From an uncultured virus (IMG/VR IMGVR_UViG_3300042880_000331) (Duplodnaviria > Heunggongvirae > Uroviricota > Caudoviricetes): a DNA stretch of 64,000 nt. A model generated the notes under the pieces. It was not told the origin of the DNA and ran no database searches. It saw only the letters and a program-made list of their open reading frames with translations. The position numbers and the translations under genes were made by a program. Where the stretch lies: IMG/VR virus record IMGVR_UViG_3300042880_000331; one strand, given 5' to 3'. Numbering within the stretch: the stretch's first letter is position 1; every line of letters begins with the position of its first letter. Positions 1-8,121 of this stretch are shown here, one piece after another.

Positions 1-90
1 GATGCGGTACGTGCCGGACCATGCCCCGGCGCTGAGGCGGAATGACTGGCCGTCCGAAGACAGCACGGCGAAGGGAACAACGTCGGTCAT
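1..90 (-). CDS. Partial gene downstream of cro (runs off the window)
   Basis: ATG at 90 overlaps the cro stop (ATGA); frame open to window start (MTDVVPFAVLSSDGQSFRL...). Confidence 0.5.
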   Translation of the reverse strand, partial: MTDVVPFAVLSSDGQSFRLSAGAWSGTYRI

Positions 91-338
91 TCCGCTGCCC
101 CTTGCGCCAAGGGGGCCTGATCTTGACGATCAGCTAAGGTGTCCCCATGTGAGGTTGCGACGGCCCATGACCCGACAGGGACTTCACCGCCTGTCTCCGC
201 CTCGATCCGAACCATCAGATCGAAGCCGGGACGGCGATACCCCGAAAGGTACTGGCTAAGGACGTCTGCCCGGATTCCGATTTTCTTAGCAAAATCAGAC
301 TTGCGGCGGTGTTTTAGGTACTGGTTGAGTGTCTGCAT
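87..338 (-). CDS. cro: Cro-like HTH regulator
   Basis: Short HTH (KSDFAKKIGIRADVLSQYLSGYRRP...IEAETGGEV), divergent from an XRE repressor. Confidence 0.8.
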   Translation of the reverse strand: MQTLNQYLKHRRKSDFAKKIGIRADVLSQYLSGYRRPGFDLMVRIEAETGGEVPVGSWAVATSHGDTLADRQDQAPLAQGAAE

Positions 339-344
339 GGGGTG

Positions 345-373
345 ATTTTAGCCAATGGCTAAACGAAAGGCAA
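345..373 (-). promoter_or_regulatory. PR-like promoter for cro
   Basis: TTGCCT-N17-TAAAAT on minus strand; ATG follows 6 nt after the -10. Confidence 0.7.
348..362. promoter_or_regulatory. Repressor operator 1
   Basis: Palindrome TTAGC-CAATG-GCTAA inside the cro promoter. Confidence 0.7.
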
Positions 374-381
374 GAACATGT

Positions 382-396
382 TTTGCTATTCGCAAA
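382..396. promoter_or_regulatory. Repressor operator 2
   Basis: TTTGC-TATTC-GCAAA abutting the -35 of the cI promoter. Confidence 0.65.
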
Positions 397-425
397 TAGA
401 CGTAGCGCCGCCGCGCCGCCAAAAT
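397..425 (+). promoter_or_regulatory. PRM-like promoter for the repressor
   Basis: TAGACG-N17-CAAAAT; predicted start site coincides with ATG 432. Confidence 0.55.
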
Positions 426-431
426 GCCCCT

Positions 432-743
432 ATGCCGCTAAACATTCGCATACGGGAAATCCGCAAGGCCAGAAGGATGACGCTGGCCCAGCTTGCCGAC
501 GAGGTGTCGGTATCGACCCCGCACATTTCCGAGGTTGAACGCGGTCTGAAAAACCTGAACAATCACCTTCTGGAGCGCATCGCCCGCGCGCTTGGGGTCA
601 CCCCAAGTGATTTGATCTCAGACGGCAGAGACTCCATACAGATCAGTGAACTTGTCGCGCGTCTGGACGCCCGCGATAAGGCGCGTGTTGCCGCCTTTGC
701 GGAAGCTCTTCTGAAGTCTCAAGAAGAAACAAAGCAAAGCTGA
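432..743 (+). CDS. cI: CI-like XRE-family repressor (no peptidase domain)
   Basis: IREIRKARRMTLAQLADEVSVSTPHISEVERG XRE HTH; divergent from cro. Confidence 0.8.
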   Translation: MPLNIRIREIRKARRMTLAQLADEVSVSTPHISEVERGLKNLNNHLLERIARALGVTPSDLISDGRDSIQISELVARLDARDKARVAAFAEALLKSQEETKQS

Positions 744-996
744 TCACCGCAACGCGATGTTCGCCTGTAAGCGCCTCAAAAAGCGCTTCGGTCGTTTCGA
801 TTGTGCTGTCTTGCTGCACCATATCCCACCTCACTTCGGAACATTTAGAACAAATCACGAACCCGGCGCTGCGACAAGCCCGCAAATTGCAGTGCCGTCA
901 CAAAACAAGCCGTAAGGTTGCGGGCGCGGGACCGTGCCGGTGGATTTTCCATTGCAGCGCATAGCCTTACCGGGTGCCGCCGTCGCGTGGAAATTT

Positions 997-1048
997 TTTG
1001 CTCTAAGCTAAATTATCCGTTGCATACTGTTTAGCTAATCGCTAAAGT
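997..1048 (+). promoter_or_regulatory. PL-like early promoter with operators 3 and 4
   Basis: TTGCAT(1020)-N17-TAAAGT; TTTGC-N5-GCTAA at 997-1011 and TTAGC-N5-GCTAA at 1031-1045. Confidence 0.7.
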
Positions 1049-1095
1049 CATCCTCACAGGGCGCGACACATGAGCCGCCCGTTTCGGAGGAAACA

Positions 1096-1251
1096 ATGCA
1101 ACACCCTGACTTCATCGTTCACCAGCTTGCGGGCGTTCTGCGCGTTGCTGATCTGGTCGCGTACCGCCGCGCTCCTGCGCCGCGCATATCGCTGAAAACC
1201 CCGGTCGCCGTCCGCTATCTGGCAGACCTGACCGACACGGCGGGCCGCTAA
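1096..1251 (+). CDS. Small hypothetical protein (51 aa)
   Basis: GGAGG RBS at 1086-1090; MQHPDFIVHQLAG...; stop 2 nt before the next ATG. Confidence 0.55.
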   Translation: MQHPDFIVHQLAGVLRVADLVAYRRAPAPRISLKTPVAVRYLADLTDTAGR

Positions 1252-1252
1252 C

Positions 1253-1600
1253 ATGGGGGCCGTAGTCACATTCCCCCGCAATGAAACCGCGCTGGCCGAT
1301 GCCCGCGCCGTACTGCGCCGTGAGACGGTAAGCCCTGAAGAGTTGCGGGCCGCGTGCAACACGCTGATGCTGCTCGGCTCACCGACAGACGTTGAACTTG
1401 CCCGCATCGTGATGAAGGCCCGCATTGAAGCCGTACAGGCCGAAAGCGCGCGGCTGCGGCAGGAAATCGCGGCACGCCGCGCGTCCACACAGTACTACAT
1501 GGCCCCTGAAAAGCCGCGCCGGGTGTATTTGTCCGATGCGCTGCTCGTTGCCGGGTTCTTCGCGGCACTTTGGTTGATGCTGGCGGTGACGCAATCATGA
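1253..1600 (+). CDS. Hypothetical protein with C-terminal TM helix
   Basis: ORF in coupled operon; hydrophobic C-terminus. Confidence 0.6.
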   Translation: MGAVVTFPRNETALADARAVLRRETVSPEELRAACNTLMLLGSPTDVELARIVMKARIEAVQAESARLRQEIAARRASTQYYMAPEKPRRVYLSDALLVAGFFAALWLMLAVTQS

Positions 1601-1905
1601 GCGGGGTCAAGCATACGCCGGGGCCGTGGTTTCTTGAAGGCTATTGGGATGTCAAAAGCAAATTCGACCTTGGCGGATGGGTTTCAAGCAATCCGCCCGC
1701 AGGTTGCCCTATTTTTCAGTTGGAACCCAGCGTCGGGACAGCCGAAGAAATTGTTGCCAACGCCCGCCTTATCGCCGCCGCGCCCGATCTGCTGGCGGCT
1801 CTGAAAACCCTTTGCGCTGCTTATGATGCCTGCAACGGCGACGATCACCCGGCCTATGCACTGGCCCGCGCCGCAATCGCCAAGGCCGAAGGCGGTGCAG
1901 CATGA
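1597..1905 (+). CDS. Phage hypothetical protein (HTPGPW...ANARLIAAAPDLL family)
   Basis: Recognisable phage early-gene motifs; ATGA overlaps. Confidence 0.7.
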   Translation: MSGVKHTPGPWFLEGYWDVKSKFDLGGWVSSNPPAGCPIFQLEPSVGTAEEIVANARLIAAAPDLLAALKTLCAAYDACNGDDHPAYALARAAIAKAEGGAA

Positions 1906-2252
1906 CCGCGCGTGATGATGGTGGGCAGGCGTTCCCAACTGGATACCCTAGCCACCGTTCGCAGCACGGCATGTCCCTGCGCCAATACGCAGCGATCAAG
2001 CTATGCGTGCCGGACAGCGGCCTTGAATGGCTGGACGACATGATCCGGCAGGCGCAGCGCGACAGGTTTGCGGGGCAGGCGATAGCGGGGGCGATTGACG
2101 ATTACGACAGGATCACTCGCATCGGACGGGACAACACCCGATGCCTGCCCTATTCAAATTCGGTCCTTGGTTCTCGGGAAACAATCATCGCAACGCAGGC
2201 ATATAACTACGCCGACGCCGTGATTGCCGAGCGCAAAGGCGGTGCAGCATGA
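1902..2252 (+). CDS. Phage hypothetical protein (DGGxAFP...GMSLR family)
   Basis: Motifs DGGQAFP, GMSLRQYAA, AYNYADA. Confidence 0.7.
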   Translation: MTARDDGGQAFPTGYPSHRSQHGMSLRQYAAIKLCVPDSGLEWLDDMIRQAQRDRFAGQAIAGAIDDYDRITRIGRDNTRCLPYSNSVLGSRETIIATQAYNYADAVIAERKGGAA

Positions 2253-2455
2253 AGCCCCGTTACTATGCACGATCTGCGTCTGACCGCACCGACGATTGGC
2301 CCTACTGGTTCGTGGCAGACGCGCAGAAAGGCGGTTTGAACGTGACCGCAGAACTGGTGCGCCAGCATCGTAACGTGAACCCCGAAGGCGGGACGTTGTG
2401 CAGCCGTGCTTACGCAGAACGCTTGGCAATCATTGCTAATGGAGGTTTCGCATGA
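2249..2455 (+). CDS. Hypothetical protein
   Basis: ATGA overlaps at both ends. Confidence 0.55.
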   Translation: MKPRYYARSASDRTDDWPYWFVADAQKGGLNVTAELVRQHRNVNPEGGTLCSRAYAERLAIIANGGFA

Positions 2456-2727
2456 CCACAACCGAAACCCACTTCAACATCGAGGGCCCGCACGGCGGCG
2501 CTTGGTTTGAGGTCAAAATCCAATACGACTATTTTTGGGACGGCGAAAGCGGCGGCGTGTCGGTGTCGCGCATGTGGTTCCGGCACCCTGCTGTGAAGGG
2601 CAAGCCGGAATTTGAGTGGCAGGAAAATCCGCTGCTCGAACAACTGCTGGATACCGAAGACCTGCGCTTGTCGCTGCTCGAAGAATACGAAGGCGCGGCG
2701 CGGTCCTATGCGGAGGCGGCGGAATGA
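2452..2727 (+). CDS. Hypothetical protein
   Basis: GGAGG RBS; ATGA overlap. Confidence 0.6.
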   Translation: MTTTETHFNIEGPHGGAWFEVKIQYDYFWDGESGGVSVSRMWFRHPAVKGKPEFEWQENPLLEQLLDTEDLRLSLLEEYEGAARSYAEAAE

Positions 2728-2888
2728 AACACCGCATTGAAACATACACCATCTGGACCCCGTGGGGGATGCTGACCCGCGCCTATTCCGACACGCTCGG
2801 CGCGGACACCAGCCCCTGCGGCGAAGGCAAGACGCAGGAAGAAGCCATCGCCGATCTGCTGAAACGGATAGAGGAAACAGACGAATGA
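2724..2888 (+). CDS. Hypothetical protein
   Basis: MKHRIETY...GEGKTQEEAIADL; coupled overlaps. Confidence 0.55.
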   Translation: MKHRIETYTIWTPWGMLTRAYSDTLGADTSPCGEGKTQEEAIADLLKRIEETDE

Positions 2889-3034
2889 CACCCGCAACCG
2901 AAGCATTTGCCCGCGCTATGGCAATCCAAGCCATCGGCTATTGGCGCACGGGCAAGATGCCAAAGACGCGCGCCTATCACCGCCGCTATGCGCTGGCACT
3001 GCTCCGCATGATCCGCACAGGGGTCATCGAATGA
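2885..3034 (+). CDS. Hypothetical protein
   Basis: ATGA overlaps at both ends. Confidence 0.5.
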   Translation: MTPATEAFARAMAIQAIGYWRTGKMPKTRAYHRRYALALLRMIRTGVIE

Positions 3035-3279
3035 CCGGCCTGCCGCGCATCACACGCCTGTCCCGCCCCCGCACGCCTTGGGCAATCTTTGTCATTGGCG
3101 GGATGGAACGGCTGACCCGTTCCTTGATGGAAGGCGATGAATTTGACGCGGAAGCCCTGAATGACATGCACTCGCTGGCAATGCGGGCGAGTGCTTTTGT
3201 TAACGCGCTGGAAGCCCGGAAGCGGGCGGCTGGAATACAAGAACTGATCGAAGAACCTGCAACACAAGAGGACAAATAA
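3031..3279 (+). CDS. Hypothetical protein
   Basis: ATGA overlap; stop abuts next ATG. Confidence 0.5.
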   Translation: MTGLPRITRLSRPRTPWAIFVIGGMERLTRSLMEGDEFDAEALNDMHSLAMRASAFVNALEARKRAAGIQELIEEPATQEDK

Positions 3280-3924
3280 ATGGTCGGATATATCACCCCG
3301 TCTGCCGGTGGCGACTTTGCCCCCACCCCCGAAGGCCAACACACGATGGTCTGCACCCGCGTGATCGACCTTGGCACGCAAGTGACCGAGTTCCAGGGTG
3401 AAACCAAGCGCCAGCGCAAAGTGCTGATTGCTTGGGAAATCCCCGATCAGCGCGTCAAGTCGGACGCCGGGAACCTGCCCGTCTTGCATTCCGCGAAATA
3501 CACATGGTCATTTCACGAGAAGGCCAACCTGCGCAAAGACTTGGAAAGCTGGCGCGGGCGGAAATTCGTTGACGACGATTTCAAAGGTCCGCCGAACGGC
3601 TTCCACATCAAGAACCTGCTTGGCGTTCCATGCCTTGCACAGATCGTGCATGAAACGGGCGGCAACGGCAAAACGTATGCCAACCTTTCGGCCATTATGG
3701 CATTTCCCGGAAAGCGGGACGCTTGGCCGAAACCGGAAGGCGCGCTGATGTTCTTCGATCTGGACAATTACGATGCCACTATTTTCGGCCAGCTTTCCGA
3801 GTATTGGCAGGGCGTCATTAAGAACAGCCCGGAATGGCAGGCTCAATTCCTGCAGTCGCCAGACGGCTACAGCCCGCCGCCCCGTGATCAATTTGAAGAT
3901 GATCTGGAAAGCATCCCCTTCTGA
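3280..3924 (+). CDS. Putative phage ssDNA-binding/recombination protein
   Basis: GGDFAPTPEG...VIDLGTQ...ANLRKDLESWRG family; acidic SSB-like tail DDLESIPF. Confidence 0.6.
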   Translation: MVGYITPSAGGDFAPTPEGQHTMVCTRVIDLGTQVTEFQGETKRQRKVLIAWEIPDQRVKSDAGNLPVLHSAKYTWSFHEKANLRKDLESWRGRKFVDDDFKGPPNGFHIKNLLGVPCLAQIVHETGGNGKTYANLSAIMAFPGKRDAWPKPEGALMFFDLDNYDATIFGQLSEYWQGVIKNSPEWQAQFLQSPDGYSPPPRDQFEDDLESIPF

Positions 3925-3927
3925 ATA

Positions 3928-3992
3928 CCGCGCACGTCTCCTCCCCGTAGCGCGGGAAAACCCCCGGCACTGTCTCCTCCCCGGTGCCGGGG
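3928..3992 (+). ncRNA. Two-hairpin RNA with UCUCCUCCC loops (cuckoo/CcsR-like)
   Basis: Stems 3928-3955 and 3962-3992 differ in sequence but each closes an identical TCTCCTCCC loop. Confidence 0.6.
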
Positions 3993-3996
3993 TCAA

Positions 3997-4468
3997 CTGA
4001 AACGAAAGGAACGAATGATGACCTATGACCCCCGCGAAGCAAAGCTGCCCAAATGGGCGATTGACGTTCTGGCAGAAGCACGCCTTCGCGGTGATCTGGC
4101 ATGGCCGACAACCGACTGTCCCGAGCCAGACGTTGCCTTTGACGCCAATAACCGCCTTGTGAGTGGCGACCGTTCGCAGATCAAGAACAGGAAGGCATAC
4201 CACATTGTAGGCGGTTACAGCGGATTTTCCGTCGAATCTGTGTGGTTTGGCGACCATAACCATATTTGGAGTAATGCCGCAATGTCCGGCTTTGGGTCGC
4301 GCCCTTATGGGCCGTATTGGTGGTCGGAGCAGAATGCTTGGATTGCCGCATGGTGGCAAGAAGCGAACGCGGCGGCAAAAAAGATGCATCGCATTGCCCA
4401 AAAGGCAAGGGAAAGCAAATGCGCCGAGTAATCACCATCCGCGCCTGAAACGAAAGGAACGAATGATG
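3997..4468 (+). repeat. 24-bp direct repeat (RBS+start) at 3997-4020 and 4445-4468
   Basis: CTGAAACGAAAGGAACGAATGATG twice. Confidence 0.9.
4015..4431 (+). CDS. Hypothetical protein
   Basis: AAGGA RBS; ORF track. Confidence 0.65.
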   Translation: MMTYDPREAKLPKWAIDVLAEARLRGDLAWPTTDCPEPDVAFDANNRLVSGDRSQIKNRKAYHIVGGYSGFSVESVWFGDHNHIWSNAAMSGFGSRPYGPYWWSEQNAWIAAWWQEANAAAKKMHRIAQKARESKCAE

Positions 4469-4670
4469 CAATGGGAACCGATTGAAACTGCGCCGAAGGA
4501 CGGAAGCCCATTTATCGGTTTATGGGCTCGGTGCGATCAATCCCATGAAGTCCGAACGTGGTGGAATGATGGCCGATGGGAAAGCCCATTTGAAACCGAA
4601 GAAAGCGACAGCTTTCCGACTTTTTGGGTGCCACTGCCGGAGCCGCCATGCGCCGAGTAATCACCATCCG
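4419..4670 (+). repeat. 23-bp direct repeat (ninB start) at 4419-4441 and 4648-4670
   Basis: ATGCGCCGAGTAATCACCATCCG twice. Confidence 0.9.
4463..4660 (+). CDS. DUF551-like phage protein
   Basis: WEPIETAPKDG...PTFWVPLPEPP. Confidence 0.75.
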   Translation: MMQWEPIETAPKDGSPFIGLWARCDQSHEVRTWWNDGRWESPFETEESDSFPTFWVPLPEPPCAE

Positions 4671-5031
4671 GGGAATATCCGACCGCGCCAACCTGCACCG
4701 TTGGGTTGACGCCGCGCCCCTTGGGTTCCGCGTGGAGTTCAAAGAGCCGACGCGCAGCCTAGAACAAAATGACCGCATGTGGGCAATGCTGGCAATCATC
4801 GCCAAGGAAGCGCGCATTAACGGCATGGCCTATGACGCCGAGGCATGGAAGTGCATATTCATGAAGGCAATGGGCAAGGAAGCGCAATTCCTGCCGACGC
4901 TGGACGGGACACAATTCTTCCCGACCGGGTTTAGGTCATCGGATTTGTCGGTCAAGGAAATGACCGATCTGCAAACGTCGATTGAGGTATATGCGGCGGA
5001 ACAGGGGATTGAGTTGGAGAAGGCGGCATGA
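4648..5031 (+). CDS. ninB: NinB/Orf-family recombination protein
   Basis: VEFKEPTRSLEQNDRMWAML...RSSDLSVKEMTDL. Confidence 0.8.
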   Translation: MRRVITIRGISDRANLHRWVDAAPLGFRVEFKEPTRSLEQNDRMWAMLAIIAKEARINGMAYDAEAWKCIFMKAMGKEAQFLPTLDGTQFFPTGFRSSDLSVKEMTDLQTSIEVYAAEQGIELEKAA

Positions 5032-5300
5032 GCGACAACTTTGTGAAATACCCCGGACCCAATGGCGCAAACGCCGTTATTCCATGCCCGAAATGCGGCG
5101 GGCCTTTGAATAATGTGGTTGATAGCCGCCCAGGGCGCGCTCTTGATATGGACGTTATCCGGCGCAGGCGTCTTTGCCAATGCTGCGGTGAAAGGGCGTC
5201 CACCCTAGAGATACGCGCTGATGAGGTCGAAAACTTTGTTGCGCGCAGGAACAAGATGAATGAGATATTCGCCGCTCTTGCGGATGTGTTTTCAAAATGA
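5028..5300 (+). CDS. NrdR-type zinc-ribbon protein (no ATP cone)
   Basis: CPKCG...VVDSRP...IRRRRLCQCCGERAST. Confidence 0.7.
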   Translation: MSDNFVKYPGPNGANAVIPCPKCGGPLNNVVDSRPGRALDMDVIRRRRLCQCCGERASTLEIRADEVENFVARRNKMNEIFAALADVFSK

Positions 5301-5653
5301 CCTTCAACCGCTGGACCGAACCGCATTTCAAGCCGCCGAAAATCAAGAACGGCACGGCTGCTGGATTGAAGCACATGGGCCGGGTGAAGCAGCTTCCTTG
5401 CGTGTGTTGCGGGGCCACCCCGACAAGCGCGCATCATTGTATCAGCGGGCGCTATTCCCAAGCCAAGGCCAGCGACTATGACACGATTCCGCTGTGCTAC
5501 GAACACCACCAAGGGGCCACGGGTATCCACGCGAACAAGGCCGCATGGGAAGCGACGTATGGACTGGACACCGACTATCTTGCTGTGACGAGGGATATGC
5601 TGGCGGGCGAGTATGTATCGCCCTGGGCGGCAAAACGGAGGGAAGCCGAATGA
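5297..5653 (+). CDS. Ref/DUF968-like HNH-type nuclease
   Basis: PCVCCG...AHH...TIPLCYEHHQG..GIH. Confidence 0.65.
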   Translation: MTFNRWTEPHFKPPKIKNGTAAGLKHMGRVKQLPCVCCGATPTSAHHCISGRYSQAKASDYDTIPLCYEHHQGATGIHANKAAWEATYGLDTDYLAVTRDMLAGEYVSPWAAKRREAE

Positions 5654-6096
5654 GTGATGATCTGGTGAAGCGGCCTGTGCTGCGCATCTACACTGAGGCG
5701 ACATCGGACAAGGGCGGGATATGGGCGTTTCAGCCCTATGCCGTCGCGCATACCGTCTTTGTGGAGGAAAGCAATTACCGTGATCTGGAAGACCGCATCG
5801 AAGCCGCAGAGAAAGAGCTGCAAGAAATGCAGGCCCACATTGACCATGCCGATGCTTACCACAAGGCAATGCTGGCCGCAGAGGCAGACAACGCGCGGCT
5901 GCAAGGCATGGTGGACAAGTGCCAAAGCATTGCCAAAGACGCAGTGAGCATGTGCAACGAGGGTATCCCTGTTAGCGCCAAAAATGTTGCAATGGCCGTT
6001 CTTCGCGCCCTCACCGGGAATGTCACTGTCGGCGGTGGGCGGGTGGATTGGGGCGATCAGCCGGTTTCCGCCCCCACCGGAAAGGCTGACACATGA
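5650..6096 (+). CDS. Hypothetical protein (MSDDLVKR family)
   Basis: ATGA overlap; coiled-coil region. Confidence 0.6.
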   Translation: MSDDLVKRPVLRIYTEATSDKGGIWAFQPYAVAHTVFVEESNYRDLEDRIEAAEKELQEMQAHIDHADAYHKAMLAAEADNARLQGMVDKCQSIAKDAVSMCNEGIPVSAKNVAMAVLRALTGNVTVGGGRVDWGDQPVSAPTGKADT

Positions 6097-6431
6097 CTGA
6101 TGATCTGGTGAAGCGGCTGCTGGATGTTGCCCTGCGCCAGCGGGCACAGCTTGACTCAATCCAGAAGGCAAACCGCAACCACTTTCCCATGATGCGCGGA
6201 CTGCAAAGGCGGGTGGCAGAGTTGGAGGCAGAGCGTGACCGGAACGCAGAGTACGTCGATCTTGTCTCGCAATACCGCGCTGAACGGGATGCCGCGAAAG
6301 CAGACAACACGCGGCTGCTCAAGATAATTGACGCAATCGTGGATGAATACGACGGGCAGATGCATGGCCCTATTTTGCACACCATCAACGACGCCCGCGC
6401 CGCCCTCAACACCGGAAAGGAAACCAAATGA
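6093..6431 (+). CDS. Hypothetical protein (MTDDLVKR family)
   Basis: ATGA overlap; start duplicated from previous gene. Confidence 0.6.
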   Translation: MTDDLVKRLLDVALRQRAQLDSIQKANRNHFPMMRGLQRRVAELEAERDRNAEYVDLVSQYRAERDAAKADNTRLLKIIDAIVDEYDGQMHGPILHTINDARAALNTGKETK

Positions 6432-7450
6432 GTGACGATGATATGATCCGCGCCCTTCCCGCCGTGCAGCCCAGGGTGAAGCCGCTGGTGTGGACAGCTT
6501 TCAGTAAAGAGTGTCTTCGCGCTGAAAGCATTTTTGGCATATACGAACTGATGTGGGGTTTCAAAAACGGGCAGGCGTTTCTTAGCAGCCCGCACCTTTG
6601 CCGAATTGATACATGGCACCCCGACATTGAGTTTGCCAAGGCTTATGCCGCAACTGACTATGAAGCGCGCATCCTGTCCGCGCTGGAACCCGCCGTGCAG
6701 CCCGACGCCGCTGCACATGGCGCTGAACATTGGGACACCTTAGCGCCTTGGTCGAAATACAGTTCCGATGTCGTGCTTGTCGTGCATCATATCCTGACAG
6801 AGCCTGCCGTACCGACAGCCACCGTCCGCTTTGAACTGCCGGAGCGTGCCGGATCAGGTGTGCTTGGTCACTGCGCCGCCGACACTGTTGAGGAAGCCGT
6901 GATGGGGGCGATAGATGCGGCACAAGCCAAGCTACGCGCCCTGATCGACAACGCCGGAAAGGAGGTGATGCCAGATGCCGCACAAAGCCCGCCCGCAGGA
7001 CATGACATAGGCCCCGGCGATCAAGCGGTTGCCGGGGCCGCGCCTCGCCGCGCCAGTGGACCTATCGACTCGGATGCAGGCTTTGCCACGAGCGGCGCAG
7101 AAGCGCGCTGGATCGCGGACATAGACGCCGGGGTTTATGATGACGCCCAGCCCGCGCCTTGGCCCTCAGCCGCGATAAGGGAAGCGGCGCTGCGGGAGGC
7201 GGCTGATAGCCTGCTAGAGTGCAGCGTCTGGTGTGACGGCCAAGAACGCACAGACGATGGCTGGCGCAACGGCGTGGCGGACGCCCGCAAGCATCACACG
7301 GCCCGCATCCTCGCCCTGATCGACAACCCCAGAAAGGAGGTGATGCCACCTGTACCCGTCATCGACGCCACCAACGCATCTGACATAGGCCCCGGCGATC
7401 AAGCGGTTGCCGGGGCCGCGCCGAAAGGAGACAGCCATGAGTGCGTTTAA
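6428..7450 (+). CDS. Mosaic hypothetical protein with internal duplications
   Basis: Repeated PAVQP, ALIDNxxKEVMP and DIGPGDQAVAGAAP segments. Confidence 0.55.
   Translation: MSDDDMIRALPAVQPRVKPLVWTAFSKECLRAESIFGIYELMWGFKNGQAFLSSPHLCRIDTWHPDIEFAKAYAATDYEARILSALEPAVQPDAAAHGAEHWDTLAPWSKYSSDVVLVVHHILTEPAVPTATVRFELPERAGSGVLGHCAADTVEEAVMGAIDAAQAKLRALIDNAGKEVMPDAAQSPPAGHDIGPGDQAVAGAAPRRASGPIDSDAGFATSGAEARWIADIDAGVYDDAQPAPWPSAAIREAALREAADSLLECSVWCDGQERTDDGWRNGVADARKHHTARILALIDNPRKEVMPPVPVIDATNASDIGPGDQAVAGAAPKGDSHECV
6938..7422 (+). repeat. Duplicated SD+hairpin module (6938-7044 and 7313-7422)
   Basis: GAAAGGAGGTGATGCCA twice; identical 42-mers at 7003-7044 and 7381-7422. Confidence 0.85.
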
Positions 7451-7712
7451 CAACACGCGATGCAGAGGCGTGTGTACCTGTCTCGCAACGGGACGAAAGA
7501 AGCCCAAACCTGATTGCCTTTGGCCAATCAAAAAGCCCAAGCCTAAACGCTCGAGTGACAGCCAGTGGCGTCTTTCGGACCAGCATCAAGCCTTGCTCCG
7601 CTTAATGCTAGAAGAGCCAACTCCAAAAGTCTCGGCGGCGTTCAAGGAACAACTAGCCGCCTATGTGGCGAATGTTCCAGTAAATCTTACTGCGAACCGG
7701 AGACAGCCATGA
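7437..7712 (+). CDS. Hypothetical protein
   Basis: AAGGAG RBS; flanked by 17-bp repeat GGAGACAGCCATGAGTG (7427-7443, 7699-7715). Confidence 0.55.
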   Translation: MSAFNNTRCRGVCTCLATGRKKPKPDCLWPIKKPKPKRSSDSQWRLSDQHQALLRLMLEEPTPKVSAAFKEQLAAYVANVPVNLTANRRQP

Positions 7713-8080
7713 GTGACCGCCGCCCTACGATGCAAGACGAGGCTGACGCGCAACTGAAATGGATACGCGAAAACATGAGTGACGCAATACCGGACGAGGC
7801 ATTTCCCGAACGGCTGAATATTTTCCGCCGCGACCGGAGGATGACGTGTAACGATCACGTGAACCGCGATCCTGTTGATTGGTGTGACTACATTCGCAAG
7901 GACATCGCAGACGCGGCTGTGAAGGCGGAGCGGGAGCGCATCGCCACCATGATCGAAGCGACCTCATACACTGTCAACGGGGCTGTCCGCAGCCTGGAAC
8001 CCGTCAGTCCTGCATTTGTCGGCATGGACATGCACCACGCCACTATCGCCGCCGCTATCCGCAAGGGGGAACAGCCATGA
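7709..8080 (+). CDS. Hypothetical protein
   Basis: GGAG RBS; AERERIA...IAAAIRKGE phage motif. Confidence 0.6.
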   Translation: MSDRRPTMQDEADAQLKWIRENMSDAIPDEAFPERLNIFRRDRRMTCNDHVNRDPVDWCDYIRKDIADAAVKAERERIATMIEATSYTVNGAVRSLEPVSPAFVGMDMHHATIAAAIRKGEQP

Positions 8081-8121
8081 CCATAGGCAAGCTGATCGAA
8101 GCGGTGGAAGCGGAGTAAGTA

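Noticed and set aside
6957..7345. rRNA fragment (16S 3' end complement)
   Set aside because: Match is limited to 13-14 nt in each copy; treated as a strong SD element instead
3997..7715. Short repeats as a CRISPR array or integron
   Set aside because: Each repeat occurs only 2-3 times, separated by whole genes; no regular spacers, attC structure or integrase
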